The notes: a model not told the origin generated them from the letters alone. 64,000 nucleotides of DNA from Gemmatimonadota bacterium (GCA_963666735.1 OY762926.1:1920001-1984000), one strand, 5' to 3'; positions 10,215-24,182 are shown, numbered from the stretch's first letter. Program-made: numbers and translations.

Positions 10215-11309
10215 TCACCCTGGACTCTCCTCGCGGAGGCTGAGCTTTACGATGCGCCAGGGCGGGAAACGGGTGTCCGCGAGAAGGTACAGGTGCCGCC
10301 CGCCACCCAGAATCTGTGAGTTCTCCGGTAACGGCACGTCCTCGTACAGTTTGCGGCCGGTGTGCCGGTCGTAGATGTCGAGCGACGAGTGGTACTCGGT
10401 GAAGCCAACCTCGGAGCCAAAGCGTCCGTGTACGACGATTAGGTGAGACCCCACCACCGCCATCTGCGAGATCGTGCTGTGGCCCCCAAGCAGGTTCGGT
10501 ATCTGATTGGCGTACGCCCCCGGAGCAAGGGCACCCGGTTCGAACACGGGAAGGGGGTCGAACGAAGCCGGGGGAACGCCGATTTCCCCGATCGAGTCGC
10601 CCGCCGTGTTCAGGACTGCCACCGGATAGCGGACAGAGGAGGCCGTATAGATCGAGTCGCCCGCAACGGCGAACGGAAAGACGACTAGCGAAATCCAATA
10701 CGGCCTCTCCGCCGGAACGAAGGGATACCGATAAGCGCTCCATGCCACTTCGTTGTCCGTTAGCCGGTGCAGCAGCAGAGGACGCCGGAAGAAGCGTGAA
10801 GCGTCCTGTGGTCGCTCGGCGGCCCGCATCATCCCCACCAGCAGGTCGTCGCCCATTCGTATGACGCCCCGCGGGACCCCTGGAAGTTGTACCGTGGTAT
10901 CGGGCTCGAGTTCTCCGGTCAGGTACGTCAAGCGACCGCTCCGCGAGCCGAGGACCGCGATCTTGCCAGAGGCAGTCTCGGCCAAACCGTTGATGCCCTG
11001 GAACTCGAACGGGCCCTCTCCGAACCGTCCAAAGGCCGCTGCAAGCCGCCCATCCTCATGGTAGCTGCGGATCCTCGGAAGCCGTCCATCGCTCAGGAGG
11101 AAACCGCTTTTCACGCGTTCCGCAAAGATTCCCGGGGTTGCGATCGAGTCTTGCGGATCCTCACCTAGCGTGATCACCGCTTCGGTTTCGAACACCTCCT
11201 CCAGTGCGACCCCGGCCGGCGGCTTGTAATCGGGTCCCGCCGCGCACGCCGTAATCGCCAGACCGGCCGCGAACGGAGCCGGACAGCTCGCTCGCGCAGC
11301 CGCCCGCAT
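10215..11309 (-). CDS. 6-bladed beta-propeller lipoprotein, 364 aa
   Basis: Lipobox AITAC; FGRFGEGPFEF motif; start at ATG 11309 just below the peptide gene. Confidence 0.8.
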   Translation of the reverse strand: MRAAARASCPAPFAAGLAITACAAGPDYKPPAGVALEEVFETEAVITLGEDPQDSIATPGIFAERVKSGFLLSDGRLPRIRSYHEDGRLAAAFGRFGEGPFEFQGINGLAETASGKIAVLGSRSGRLTYLTGELEPDTTVQLPGVPRGVIRMGDDLLVGMMRAAERPQDASRFFRRPLLLHRLTDNEVAWSAYRYPFVPAERPYWISLVVFPFAVAGDSIYTASSVRYPVAVLNTAGDSIGEIGVPPASFDPLPVFEPGALAPGAYANQIPNLLGGHSTISQMAVVGSHLIVVHGRFGSEVGFTEYHSSLDIYDRHTGRKLYEDVPLPENSQILGGGRHLYLLADTRFPPWRIVKLSLREESPG

Positions 11310-11325
11310 GAGAGCGATCACGAGC

Positions 11326-11583
11326 TTACCGGACGACGATCTCAGGCAGGCAGCAAACCTCCCACGTCGTCCAGCACGCCGAGCCTTCACATGTTTCCCA
11401 CCAAGGGTCGCGATGCTGGAGGTCCACACACGGGCCAACTTCCTCCTCCCATTCCTCGACGCACGGGTCCCCACTGTCCTGTCCTTTCAGGGCCGAGGGG
11501 CCGACGGTCGTCGATGCGACCGCGAAGATGAGAGCCACCGCGAATGCGGTAGCGATACGTATGAACCGCGAGAACCTGTCCAT
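11326..11583 (-). CDS. Secreted Cys/Trp-rich peptide B, 85 aa
   Basis: AGGAGGG RBS; signal peptide; mature QDSGDPCVEEWEEEVGPCVDLQHRDPWWETCEGSACWTTWEVCCLPEIVVR (6 Cys, 5 Trp). Confidence 0.8.
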   Translation of the reverse strand: MDRFSRFIRIATAFAVALIFAVASTTVGPSALKGQDSGDPCVEEWEEEVGPCVDLQHRDPWWETCEGSACWTTWEVCCLPEIVVR

Positions 11584-11607
11584 TCTTCCCTCCTAACGGG
11601 ATTCGAG

Positions 11608-12204
11608 TTAACTGCGGATGACGCCAGTGGAGAGAGTCCCCCGCAAGGCGCCGACCTGAGCTTCAAAGCTCCAGCCGCAGTCCGAGCCGACAGCCCTGGA
11701 ATCGGCCATCACTACGACTCCGGCGCCATCAATGAGTAGCTTCGTGTTCGGGAGAAGTGGACCCAACGCTGCTTGCACGTCCCGTCGTCGCGCTTCCGTG
11801 AGGGCCGTGCCCCGCAGGGACCGACGCCCATCCTCCGGTACGTCATCCGTATCAAACACTACGACATGGCGCCGCAACGAATCGTCGTCTCCGAGGGCAT
11901 TCCAAACGGCGGGCCTGCCACTCAGGCACGTCTGACAGCGTGCCAAATCGACGATCCAAACCAGGTGCGCCTCCGCAGGATCCGGTTCTTCGAGTCCGAG
12001 CCACGACAGGGACACCGCCCTTCCGACCAGGCGATCCCGGACGCTCGACCGCTCTGCGAGCGGAGCCGTCGACTGCAGCGTCGCCGCGAGCTCGCGGTTC
12101 GACGCGGCCGTGTTCCAGACCGCGACCGCGCCGCAAAGCACCAGGGCGAACACAGCCAAGTCCAGAACCTTCCTGAAGGATTTTCCTGCAGCCATGAGCC
12201 CCAT
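11608..12204 (-). CDS. Membrane-anchored thioredoxin-fold (TlpA-like) protein
   Basis: N-terminal TM; LVWIVDLARCQTCL (CxxC after a beta strand); LLPNTKLLIDGAGVVV cis-Pro-like motif. Confidence 0.6.
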   Translation of the reverse strand: MGLMAAGKSFRKVLDLAVFALVLCGAVAVWNTAASNRELAATLQSTAPLAERSSVRDRLVGRAVSLSWLGLEEPDPAEAHLVWIVDLARCQTCLSGRPAVWNALGDDDSLRRHVVVFDTDDVPEDGRRSLRGTALTEARRRDVQAALGPLLPNTKLLIDGAGVVVMADSRAVGSDCGWSFEAQVGALRGTLSTGVIRS

Positions 12205-12301
12205 CCGCCTGCGATGAAACCGGGTTTCTCCTCGGGCTCAAACTGTATTCCCCAGCGAGGTTACGGCAACGGCTATAGTGTATCGGTTTTGCTCAAATCG
12301 A

Positions 12302-13093
12302 CTACTCTTGGTCGAAAGTGAATACTCCGACCGATTCTGCAGGCAGGATCGGTCGGACATGTTCCGCCGTGAACGCCGCGAAGAGTGGGTCCGGGGCCAT
12401 CCGCTCAAGCTCCCCGAGCGGGCAGCCCGGCCATGCGCGCACCCTTCGGGCCAAGGTTGCCCGGTGTATCTCCGTGCGGTGTAGCACGCGCTTCCAGCCT
12501 AAACCCGACCGGCGAAGCTCATGCACCCTGAGAACCGATAGAGCGCGGAGGAAAGCGCTCAGCGTGGTCGCACCGTCTGCTCGCGTTCCGAACTGCCGGA
12601 ACAGCGTGACGGGTGCGCAGCCCACGTCCCGGGCCAGTTCCCGCACGTTGCGAACCGGTCGGTCGGCCGCCTGCCGCGCCGCATGAACGAGGGCCTTCTG
12701 GAGAGAGGAAGGCAACGACGTGCGTTCGAACGATTCCGCCAGGCTCCACAGGCCCCAAGTCGCACGCAAGGCGTCGAGCCGGGGTCGGAGACGGGTCCGG
12801 CGTTCGGTGAACCAGACCACTGCCGCCACACGCACGCGAAGCAGTTTCCGGGCCAACTCGGGGTCGGGATTCGTCACGAGCACCACCGGCACCCACGGCC
12901 GGTCACGCTCGAACCTCGCCAACAGGCGGACCTGCTCGGGCCGAACCCGGCCATGGCAAGCGACCACCACCGCCTCAACCTTACCGTCGAGAGTGGCGAG
13001 CGCTTCGGTCGCGTCCGCCACACGGGCGCCGGGGCCCGCGGCTCGGCCTACGTCCCGGGCTGTCTGGAGCGTGTCCGCGACCACAAGGATCAT
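12302..13093 (-). CDS. Pseudo-receiver + AraC-like HTH regulator, copy 2 (full length, 263 aa)
   Basis: Receiver-like N-terminus with no obvious phospho-Asp; two HTH-like segments (VRELARDVGCAPVTLFRQF; WKRVLHRTEIHRATLARR). Confidence 0.72.
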   Translation of the reverse strand: MILVVADTLQTARDVGRAAGPGARVADATEALATLDGKVEAVVVACHGRVRPEQVRLLARFERDRPWVPVVLVTNPDPELARKLLRVRVAAVVWFTERRTRLRPRLDALRATWGLWSLAESFERTSLPSSLQKALVHAARQAADRPVRNVRELARDVGCAPVTLFRQFGTRADGATTLSAFLRALSVLRVHELRRSGLGWKRVLHRTEIHRATLARRVRAWPGCPLGELERMAPDPLFAAFTAEHVRPILPAESVGVFTFDQE

Positions 13094-13217
13094 GTTGGCT
13101 TCTTCCGAACGGGGTGGTTTTTCCCATGTTCTCGCATGCCGCTTGTATCGCACCGAATGACGAGCGACTGGAACGAAGGGTTTCCGAGGTCGGAAGACAG
13201 GGGTGGGCCTTGGCCAC

Positions 13218-13507
<290 letters not shown>

Positions 13508-13645
13508 CTCGTAGCGCAGAAACCGGGGCAACTCCACCTTGCTTCCTGTACGCCGCCGGGGGGCTGAACCTTACATCCGTCTTCCGGCTCTTGCGATCCG
13601 CCGCACCCGGGGTGCGGTCTCGTTTCCGGAGTACCGTTCCCGCGG

Positions 13646-14491
13646 CTACGGGAACCGGCGGATCGACTCGGCGACGAGGCGCTGGAAGCCGGCTTGGGCG
13701 AGTTTCGTCGTCTCGAGCACTTCCTCGTGATTCAGCGGCTCGTCGAGGACGCCCGCCGCGTAGTTCGTGAGGCAGGAGACGGCCACGCAGCGGATGCCGA
13801 GGGCACGCGCCGCGATCACCTCCGGTACCGTGGACATGCCGACGGCGCCGGCGCCCAGCGTTCGCAGCATGCGGATCTCGGCGGGGGTTTCGAAGGCGGG
13901 ACCGTGCATCGCCGCGTAGACGCCCTCGTGCAGCGTCTGCCCGAGCTCGGCCGCGGTCTCGCGCAAGATCACACGTAGTTCGCGGTCGTAGGCGAAGGTC
14001 AGGTCGGGGAAGCGATTCTCCGTCCCCACGACGGAACCGATGAGGGGGCTCGTGCCGGTCAGGTTCAGGTGGTCCGAGATCAGCATCAGTTCGCCGGGGT
14101 GCCAGCCCTCGCGGATCGCCCCGGCCGCGTTCGAGAGGAAGAGGACGGGGATCCCCAGCGCCGCCGCGACCCGCACGTAGAAGACGACGCGGTCCGGCGG
14201 GCCGCCCTCGTAGAGGTGGACGCGTCCGCCGAGGCCCAGCACGGGCCGGCCGCCGAGCGTCCCGATCAAGGCGTGCCCGGCGTGCCCGGTCACCGTCGGG
14301 CGGGGCCAGCCGGGAAGATCCTCGTATGGCACCCGCACGGGATCCTCGATCTCCGCGCCGAGCCCGCCGAGCCCCGAACCCATTGTGACCGCGACATCCG
14401 GCACGGCGCCGTCCAGCCGGTCCTCGATGCGGGCTCGCAGCGCCGCAGCCGCCGCCTCGACGCCGGCCTGGATGTCGGCGGCGCGGGTCAA
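13646..14491 (-). CDS. punA: Purine-nucleoside phosphorylase
   Basis: GSGLGG, GHAG, GRVHLYEG, GPAFETPAE, VGMSTVPE; TTG start overlapping nupC stop. Confidence 0.95.
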   Translation of the reverse strand: MTRAADIQAGVEAAAAALRARIEDRLDGAVPDVAVTMGSGLGGLGAEIEDPVRVPYEDLPGWPRPTVTGHAGHALIGTLGGRPVLGLGGRVHLYEGGPPDRVVFYVRVAAALGIPVLFLSNAAGAIREGWHPGELMLISDHLNLTGTSPLIGSVVGTENRFPDLTFAYDRELRVILRETAAELGQTLHEGVYAAMHGPAFETPAEIRMLRTLGAGAVGMSTVPEVIAARALGIRCVAVSCLTNYAAGVLDEPLNHEEVLETTKLAQAGFQRLVAESIRRFP

Positions 14492-15906
14492 GCGAGGACG
14501 CCGGCCAGCGTCGCCGTCATCCACGTCGCCACGGTACCCCCCAGCATCGCCCGCAGGCCGAGCTTCGACAGGTCCTCGCGGCGGGCCGGCGCGATCCCGC
14601 CGATACCCCCGATCTGGATCGCGATCGAGCTGAAGTTCGCGAAGCCCGTCAGCGCGTACGTGCACATGATGAGCGACTTGTTCGAGAGCTGCAGGTCGCC
14701 GCCGAGCCCGGCCCCGAGGTTGGTGAAGGCGAGGAACTCGTTCGCGACCATCTTCACACCGAACAGCGTTCCGACCTCGGCCGCGTCGGCCCACGGCACG
14801 CCGATGAGCCAGGCCACCGGCGCGAAGACCCAGCCGAAGATCCGCTCGAGCGTGATGCCCTCCACGCCGAACAGCCCCGTCACCCAGCCGATGATGCCGT
14901 TCCCCAGGGCGATGATGGCGAGGAAGGCGAGGAGCATGGCTCCCACGTTCAGGGCGAGCTTCAGCCCGTCCCCGGCCCCCCCCGCCGCCGCGTCGATCAC
15001 GTTCGCGTGCGCCTGCGGCGGGTCGATGTCCAGCGTGCCGCGCGTCTCGGGCTCTTCCGTCTCGGGCATCAGCATCTTGCTCACCACGACCCCCGCCGGA
15101 GCCGCCATGATGCTCGCCGCCAGCAGGTGCCCCGCGATGCCCGGGAACACCCCCACGAGGATCGCCACGTACGCCGCCAGCGCCCCACCCGCCACGGTCG
15201 CGAAGCCCCCCGTCATCACCGTGTTGAGTTCCGACATCGTCATCCGGTCCACGAAGGGCCGGATGAGGAGGGGCGCCTCCGTCTGGCCGACGAAAATGTT
15301 GCCGGCGGCCGAGGTCGTCTCGGCGCCGCTCGTCCCGAGGGTCCGCTGCATCGCCCAGGCGACGCCCCGCACGACGCGCTGCATGAACCCCAGGTGATAG
15401 GCGAGGGCCATGAGAGAGGAGAAGAAGATGATCGTGGGCAGGACGCTGAAGGCGAAATTCGCGCCGATGTTCACGATGCCGCCCGCGCCTCCGTCGACCG
15501 GCGTCGAGCGATCCACGAGCGACCCGAACACGAAGCGCGACCCCTCGTTCGTATAGCCGATGAGGGCGACGAACACGTCGTTGACGGCGCTGAAGAAGGT
15601 TCGGCCGATCCCCGTCTTGAGGACCAGGAGGGCGAACGCAACCTGAAGCCCGAGCCCCTTCGCGACGAGGGGCCACGAGATCGACTTCCGGTGCGCGGAG
15701 CAGAGCCACACGGTCGTGAGCAGGAACGCGATCCCGAGCAGGCCCCGCGCCAAACGCGAGAAGAAGGGTTCGTCGATCGTGCCGCCCACCCCCTCGAGCC
15801 CCTGCGCCGCCAGCGGCGCCGCCGTCGCGGCCAGCAAGAGGCAGAACGCCGCGGTTGCGGCCGCCGCGGCCAGTGCGGAGCGGCGTGGGTCGCGACGCTG
15901 GGACAT
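14488..15906 (-). CDS. nupC: NupC/CNT family nucleoside:cation symporter
   Basis: [51 protein letters not shown]. Confidence 0.93.
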   Translation of the reverse strand: MSQRRDPRRSALAAAAATAAFCLLLAATAAPLAAQGLEGVGGTIDEPFFSRLARGLLGIAFLLTTVWLCSAHRKSISWPLVAKGLGLQVAFALLVLKTGIGRTFFSAVNDVFVALIGYTNEGSRFVFGSLVDRSTPVDGGAGGIVNIGANFAFSVLPTIIFFSSLMALAYHLGFMQRVVRGVAWAMQRTLGTSGAETTSAAGNIFVGQTEAPLLIRPFVDRMTMSELNTVMTGGFATVAGGALAAYVAILVGVFPGIAGHLLAASIMAAPAGVVVSKMLMPETEEPETRGTLDIDPPQAHANVIDAAAGGAGDGLKLALNVGAMLLAFLAIIALGNGIIGWVTGLFGVEGITLERIFGWVFAPVAWLIGVPWADAAEVGTLFGVKMVANEFLAFTNLGAGLGGDLQLSNKSLIMCTYALTGFANFSSIAIQIGGIGGIAPARREDLSKLGLRAMLGGTVATWMTATLAGVLA

Positions 15907-15993
15907 CGGCGCACTCCGGTTGAGGTTCGCGGCGACGGGAGCCGCGGAAACATATCCCGTCCCGTCTTCCGCGCCACGCGACACCCGCTTCCA

Positions 15994-16093
15994 TGCCAAT
16001 TTGGCACCCAACGCCGACCGACCGTGCCGGCGAGTGCCATTTTGTCGGAAAAGTCGGCGTACCGGCGGGCCGCGGCGCGGCACGGCGATTGCA
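15994..16093 (+). promoter_or_regulatory. Putative sigma54 -24/-12 promoter of dnaK with two upstream activator-like sites
   Basis: CGGCACGGCGATTGCA at 16078-16093; palindrome TGCCAATTTGGCA 15994-16006 and TGCCATTTTGTCG 16035-16047. Confidence 0.65.
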
Positions 16094-16219
16094 ACGTGCT
16101 TCTTCCTGTTCGCGGGTGCGCGCCGGAAACGAGGCGCCGCTCCGTGCGATTCGGATGTGGTTCGGACTGGGACGAAACCAGCGGAAACAGCAGACCAGCA
16201 CAAAGCCAAGGACAATCGA

Positions 16220-18160
<1,941 letters not shown>

Positions 18161-18323
18161 TCCCCGGCGCGGTTCCGGCGGCCCGCGACCCGGGAGCCCG
18201 GCCCTCTGGCAACCCCGGGTCGCGCACCGCTCATCCTATGTGCACGGCGGAAGGAAACGCTAAGTTTGATTCGATATACTGTTCGGCTGTGCGGTGACGC
18301 GGCCGGGAGAGGGAGATGGAGGA

Positions 18324-19952
18324 ATGAGCGACTCGCTGCGTACTCGACTGAACCTGCTGATCGCGACGGCGTTCGCGTTCGCGTTCGGCGTGGGATTGGC
18401 TTCGGTACTGGACCTGACGCCGGTTTCGATCGCGGCGGACGGCAACCGGGACCCGGGGTGGGTGATCGGGGCCCCGGCAAGCGCCGGGATGACGATGGAG
18501 AACGGCTTCGCCAATGTGGCGCAGCGCGTGGCCCCCGCGGTCGTCACGATCTACCTGACGGCGGAGCGGGAAACCTCGTTTCCGAACGCATCCCCGTTCC
18601 CGCCGGGCTTCGAGCCGCCGCCGGGCTTCGAACCGCCGCCGGGGCTCGAGCTTCCGCCCGGGTTCGAGCTGCCGCCCGATTCCGAGCAGGACCGCGAGGA
18701 GGAGCGGCGGCCACGGACCGTCGAATGGAGCGGGTCCGGCTTCATCGTCTCGGACAACGGCTACGTGGTGACGAACAACCATGTGGTGGCCGGCGCGGAG
18801 CGCATCGACATCGAACTCCACGACGGACGGGTCTTCGACGACGTGGAACTCGTGGGGCGCGATCCGCAGACCGACGTGGCGCTGCTCCGGCTCGAGGTGG
18901 ACGACATCGCCGTCCTTCCCATCGGCTCGAGCGACGAGACCGCGGTAGGCGAGTGGGTGCTGGCCATCGGGAGCCCCGGCTTCCGCACCGCACCGGGACC
19001 GCTGCTGTCGTCCGTGACGGCGGGGATCGTCTCCGCCAAGGGGCGCAACATCTCCATCCTCCGGGACCGCAATCCTCTCGCGATCGAGGATTTCATCCAG
19101 ACGGATGCGGTGATCAACCGGGGCAACTCGGGCGGGCCGCTGGTGAATGCGGCGGGCGAAGTGATCGGAATCAACACGGCGATCCTGTCGACGACGGGGA
19201 GCTACCAGGGGTACGGCTTCGCGGTCCCGATCGAACTCGCCCGCGAGGTCGTCGACGACCTGATCGAATTCGGGGAGGTCCGGCGGGCGCTCATCGGCGT
19301 CTCGATTACCGATGTCGACGCCGCGGACGCGGCGTTCTACGGCTTGGAGCGCGTCGAGGGCGCGAAGATCCAGACCTTCTCCTTCGACAACAGTCCCGCC
19401 AGGCTTGCCGGACTCGAAGGCGGCGACGTCATCGTCGGCGTGGCGGGGCAGCCCGTCTCCGGCGTGTCGGAACTGCAGCGGCGGATCCGCGCTTTCGAGC
19501 CGGGGGAGACGGTGGCCCTCGACATCGTCCGCCGCTCCACGCTGGAGCGCGACCGGGCGCGCGTCCGCCTCATCTCGGCGGACGACGACTCGTCTCCCCG
19601 GGTCGCGGCACGCTCCGAGGCGCCCGAGGCGACAGGCGACGTGCTCGGCCTTGAAGTGAGAGATGACACGGAGGTCGAACCCGGGGAATACGCACCGTAC
19701 CGCATCGAGCCGGGGTTCAGGGGCGTCGTCATCACAGGCGGAGATTCGAGGGGCGCGGTGGGGCGGCTGCGCCTTCCCGCAGGGACGCTCATCCTCGACA
19801 TCAACGGCGAGGAGATCCAGGGGCGGGCCGATTACGAGCGAATCCTCTCCGCGCTGGAGCCCGGCGATGCGCTGAGCGTACAATTCAACGTCCTGCTGAT
19901 CGACGGGAGTCGACGGAACATGTTCCGGAGCGTCGTAATCCCGGAACGCTGA
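18324..19952 (+). CDS. degP: DegP/HtrA serine protease with PDZ domains
   Basis: GSGFIVS, TNNHVV, IQTDAVINRGNSGGPL. Confidence 0.93.
   Translation: MSDSLRTRLNLLIATAFAFAFGVGLASVLDLTPVSIAADGNRDPGWVIGAPASAGMTMENGFANVAQRVAPAVVTIYLTAERETSFPNASPFPPGFEPPPGFEPPPGLELPPGFELPPDSEQDREEERRPRTVEWSGSGFIVSDNGYVVTNNHVVAGAERIDIELHDGRVFDDVELVGRDPQTDVALLRLEVDDIAVLPIGSSDETAVGEWVLAIGSPGFRTAPGPLLSSVTAGIVSAKGRNISILRDRNPLAIEDFIQTDAVINRGNSGGPLVNAAGEVIGINTAILSTTGSYQGYGFAVPIELAREVVDDLIEFGEVRRALIGVSITDVDAADAAFYGLERVEGAKIQTFSFDNSPARLAGLEGGDVIVGVAGQPVSGVSELQRRIRAFEPGETVALDIVRRSTLERDRARVRLISADDDSSPRVAARSEAPEATGDVLGLEVRDDTEVEPGEYAPYRIEPGFRGVVITGGDSRGAVGRLRLPAGTLILDINGEEIQGRADYERILSALEPGDALSVQFNVLLIDGSRRNMFRSVVIPER
18600..18677 (+). 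repeat. 18-bp in-frame tandem repeat (PPGFEP-like x4)
   Basis: ccgccgggcttcgagccg units encoding PPGFEPPPGFEPPPGLELPPGFELPP. Confidence 0.8.
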
Positions 19953-20057
19953 TCCGCCGGACGCCGGGAGGAGCGGGGGTTCTTGCTTGCCCCCGTTCCT
20001 CGCGATCCCGAGATTCCCCGGCCGATCCCGGCGCCGCCTTCGACTTGGCGGAGTCGC

Positions 20058-20140
20058 GCGAAAGTGGCGGAATTGGCAGACGCGCCAGCCTTAGGAGCTG
20101 GTGGCCCTTGGCCGTGGGGGTTCGAGTCCCCCCTTTCGCA
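20058..20140 (+). tRNA. tRNA-Leu(TAG)
   Basis: GCGAAAG/CTTTCGC acceptor stem, anticodon arm CCAGC-CTTAGGA-GCTGG, long variable arm, GGTTCGAGTCC; CCA not encoded. Confidence 0.96.
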
Positions 20141-20215
20141 CTTCGTGCCGTACACGGGTGTGCACACACTGAGCCGTTCGCCCGTCCGGGAACACGAGCG
20201 GGAGCCAAACCGACC

Positions 20216-21487
20216 TTGAGCGCAGCCGACCCACAAGCCGCCACGACGGATCCGTTCGACGTCGCGATCAAGCAGGAGAACGATTACCTGCGCCGCCTCG
20301 ACGTGTCCGTGGACCCCGCGCAGGTGGCGGCGACGCGCCGCCGCGAAGCCGCCAAACTCCGGAAGACAACCCGCATCAAGGGATTCCGGAAGGGGAAGGT
20401 CCCGGTGCGGATCGTCGAGGAACGCTACGGTCCCCTCATCGACGAGCGGACGGTCGACGCGCTCGTCAACCGGGCGTATCGGAACGCCATCGAGCGGCAC
20501 GACCTTTCCACCATCGGGGAACCCGTGGTGAGCGAACTGGATTACCGGCCCGGTGAGCGGCTCTCCTTCCGTATCGACGTGGAGGTGATGCCGGCGATCG
20601 AGCTTGCGCGGACCGGAGGGTTCCGGGTCCAGCGGCGCGAGGTGGCCGTCGAGGATGCGGACATCGACGAGGTCATCGAGAACATCCGCAAGGAGAACGC
20701 GGTGCTCCAACCCGTGGACCGGGCGCCGCGGAGCGGGGATGTCGTCGCCGTGGCCATCCGCGAACACGGGAGTGGCGACGGCGCCGCGGAGAAACCGTAT
20801 CGGTTCGAACTGGGCGCGGGCTACGCGATTCCGGATGTCGAAGCCGCGATCCTCACGCTGGCGCGCGGCGAGGCAGGCTCGTTCACGGTTTCCTACCCGG
20901 AGGATTTCGGAGCCGGGGAACTCGCGGGCACCACCCGGTCGCTGCAGATCCGTCTCGACGATGTCCGGGCCAGCGAGCTTCCCGACCTCACGGACGAGTT
21001 TGCGAGCGAGATCGGAGATTTCGGGACGCTGGCGGACCTTCGCGAAGCGGTCGGAAAGGAACTCCTGGCGCGGGGTGAACGTCAGGCGGACGAGGAAGTC
21101 GGCGAACAACTCCTCGACGCGGTGATCGAAGCCAACGCCTTCGAGGTGCCGCCGAGTCTCACGTCGCGTTATCTTGACCAGGTGATCGACGCCCCCGAGG
21201 GAGCGGATCCCGAGCAGGTCGAGGAGGCCCGCAACTCCGTGGCCCCCCAGGTGGAGCGCCAGATCAAGCGGGATATGGTGCTCGAGCGACTCATCGAGGA
21301 TCAGGGGCTCGATCTGTCGAGCGAGGAATTCGACGAGCGCCTGTCGGAACTCGGGAGGGCGAGGAGCAAGAGTCTGGTGGAGATACGCCGGCAGCTCGCG
21401 AAGGAGAAGCAGCTCGACTCGCTCCGCCGCCGTTTTGCCATCGACAAGGCGTTCCGGTTTCTGATCGACGGCTCGGACGTGAGCTGA
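20216..21487 (+). CDS. tig: Trigger factor
   Basis: IKGFRKGKVP motif; tRNA-Leu-tig-clpP-clpX synteny; TTG start inferred. Confidence 0.93.
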   Translation: MSAADPQAATTDPFDVAIKQENDYLRRLDVSVDPAQVAATRRREAAKLRKTTRIKGFRKGKVPVRIVEERYGPLIDERTVDALVNRAYRNAIERHDLSTIGEPVVSELDYRPGERLSFRIDVEVMPAIELARTGGFRVQRREVAVEDADIDEVIENIRKENAVLQPVDRAPRSGDVVAVAIREHGSGDGAAEKPYRFELGAGYAIPDVEAAILTLARGEAGSFTVSYPEDFGAGELAGTTRSLQIRLDDVRASELPDLTDEFASEIGDFGTLADLREAVGKELLARGERQADEEVGEQLLDAVIEANAFEVPPSLTSRYLDQVIDAPEGADPEQVEEARNSVAPQVERQIKRDMVLERLIEDQGLDLSSEEFDERLSELGRARSKSLVEIRRQLAKEKQLDSLRRRFAIDKAFRFLIDGSDVS

Positions 21488-21517
21488 TGGGCTTCGCAAA
21501 CCACGTGAGGGACTGAC

Positions 21518-22153
21518 TTGAGCACGATATTCGCACCGTATGTCATCGAACGGTCGAGCCGCGGGGAACGCACGTACGACATCTTCTCGCGTCTCCTCAT
21601 GGACCGGATCGTCTTCCTCGGAGCTCCGATCAACGACGATGTGGCGAACGTGGTGATCGCCCAGTTGCTCTTCCTGGAGGCGGACAACCCGGAGCGCGAG
21701 ATCAACATCTACATCAACTCGCCGGGAGGGAGCGTCCAGGCGGGACTCGCGATCTACGACACGATGCAGTTCCTGAACGCCCCGGTGGCGACGATGTGCA
21801 TGGGGATGGCGGCGTCGATGGGAGCCTTCCTGCTCGCCGCCGGCACGCCCGGCAGACGGCGCTCGCTGCCGAACGCGCGGATCATGATCCACCAGCCTTC
21901 CGGCGGCTCCTACGGGACGGCGGCGGACATCGAGATTCAGGCGAAGGAAATCCTCAACGCCCGCGAGCGGCTGAACGGGATTCTCGCCGGACACACCGGA
22001 CAGGACCTCGACCGGATCGCCGAGGATGTCGATCGCGACCGCTTCATGTCCCCGGAGGAAGCGCGGGATTACGGGCTCATCGACCTGGTGGTGGCGCGCG
22101 AGGCGGAGGTTGACGGCAAGAACGGGCGACCCCGCCCCGCCGTGGCGAAGTAG
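21518..22153 (+). CDS. clpP: Clp protease proteolytic subunit
   Basis: [29 protein letters not shown]. Confidence 0.98.
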   Translation: MSTIFAPYVIERSSRGERTYDIFSRLLMDRIVFLGAPINDDVANVVIAQLLFLEADNPEREINIYINSPGGSVQAGLAIYDTMQFLNAPVATMCMGMAASMGAFLLAAGTPGRRRSLPNARIMIHQPSGGSYGTAADIEIQAKEILNARERLNGILAGHTGQDLDRIAEDVDRDRFMSPEEARDYGLIDLVVAREAEVDGKNGRPRPAVAK

Positions 22154-22186
22154 CAGGGCAACCCGGGGGACCGAGGGGAGGCGACG

Positions 22187-23431
<1,245 letters not shown>

Positions 23432-23471
23432 GGTCACTACTCCGGTCCGGACGGCCGAGTTCATCGGCGCG

Positions 23472-24035
23472 GTGGGCGCGGCCGGACAGAAGCCGCCGCG
23501 CGACCTCCAACAGATCGCGATCGCCGGGCGCTCGAACGTCGGAAAGTCCTCGCTGCTCAATCGTCTCGTGGGGCGCAAGAGCCTCGCGCGAACCTCGAAG
23601 CAGCCGGGGCGCACGCGCGAGATCAACTTCTTCCTCGTCGACGACCGCTATATGCTCGTCGATCTGCCGGGCTACGGGTTCGCGAAGGCGCCGAAGACCG
23701 TGCGGGAGAAGTGGGGACGGCTGATCGACGGGTACCTGCGCCGGACGCCGAAGCTGCTCGGCCTCGTGCTGCTCGTGGACGCGCGCCGCGGACTCACGGA
23801 CGACGATGAGCGGATGATCGAGTTCCTGGGGGCGACGGGCACGCCGACGCTCTTCGCGCTCACGAAGACGGACAAGCTGAACCGGTCCGGGCGTCGGCGG
23901 GCGACGAAGGAGCTGCGCGAGGCGCTCGAGCTCGATGCGGACCAGCTGGTCGAGACGTCCGCGCGCACCGGGGCCGGCGTCGACACGCTGCGCGAGAGCA
24001 TCGCCGCCCTCATCGCCGAGGCGGAGACCGGCTAG
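23472..24035 (+). CDS. engB: Ribosome biogenesis GTPase YihA/EngB
   Basis: GRSNVGKSS, DLPGYG, TKTDK; true start may lie near 23433. Confidence 0.93.
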   Translation: MGAAGQKPPRDLQQIAIAGRSNVGKSSLLNRLVGRKSLARTSKQPGRTREINFFLVDDRYMLVDLPGYGFAKAPKTVREKWGRLIDGYLRRTPKLLGLVLLVDARRGLTDDDERMIEFLGATGTPTLFALTKTDKLNRSGRRRATKELREALELDADQLVETSARTGAGVDTLRESIAALIAEAETG

Positions 24036-24182
24036 CCGATCGGACTCCTCGCCTGAAGCACGACGCACCTGAGACCAGGGGCCCGCGCGGAGAGGAGACA
24101 CGATGAGAAAGCTCGCATCGGACTGCTCGGAACCTTTCGGCGCCTTTCGCTCGCGGCGCGGAGGCGGCGCGGCCGGACGCCG

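Noticed and set aside
16001..16040. CIRCE-like TTGGCACCC...GAGTGCCAT upstream of dnaK
   Set aside because: Spacer is 22 nt rather than 9; better explained by the two TGCCA sites.
18186..18222. Hairpin CGACCCGGG...CCCGGGTCG after dnaK as an intrinsic terminator
   Set aside because: Long loop and no U-tract; insufficient support.
20058..20140. tRNA-Leu as an island integration site
   Set aside because: Followed directly by tig-clpP-clpX; no duplicated tRNA 3' end found.
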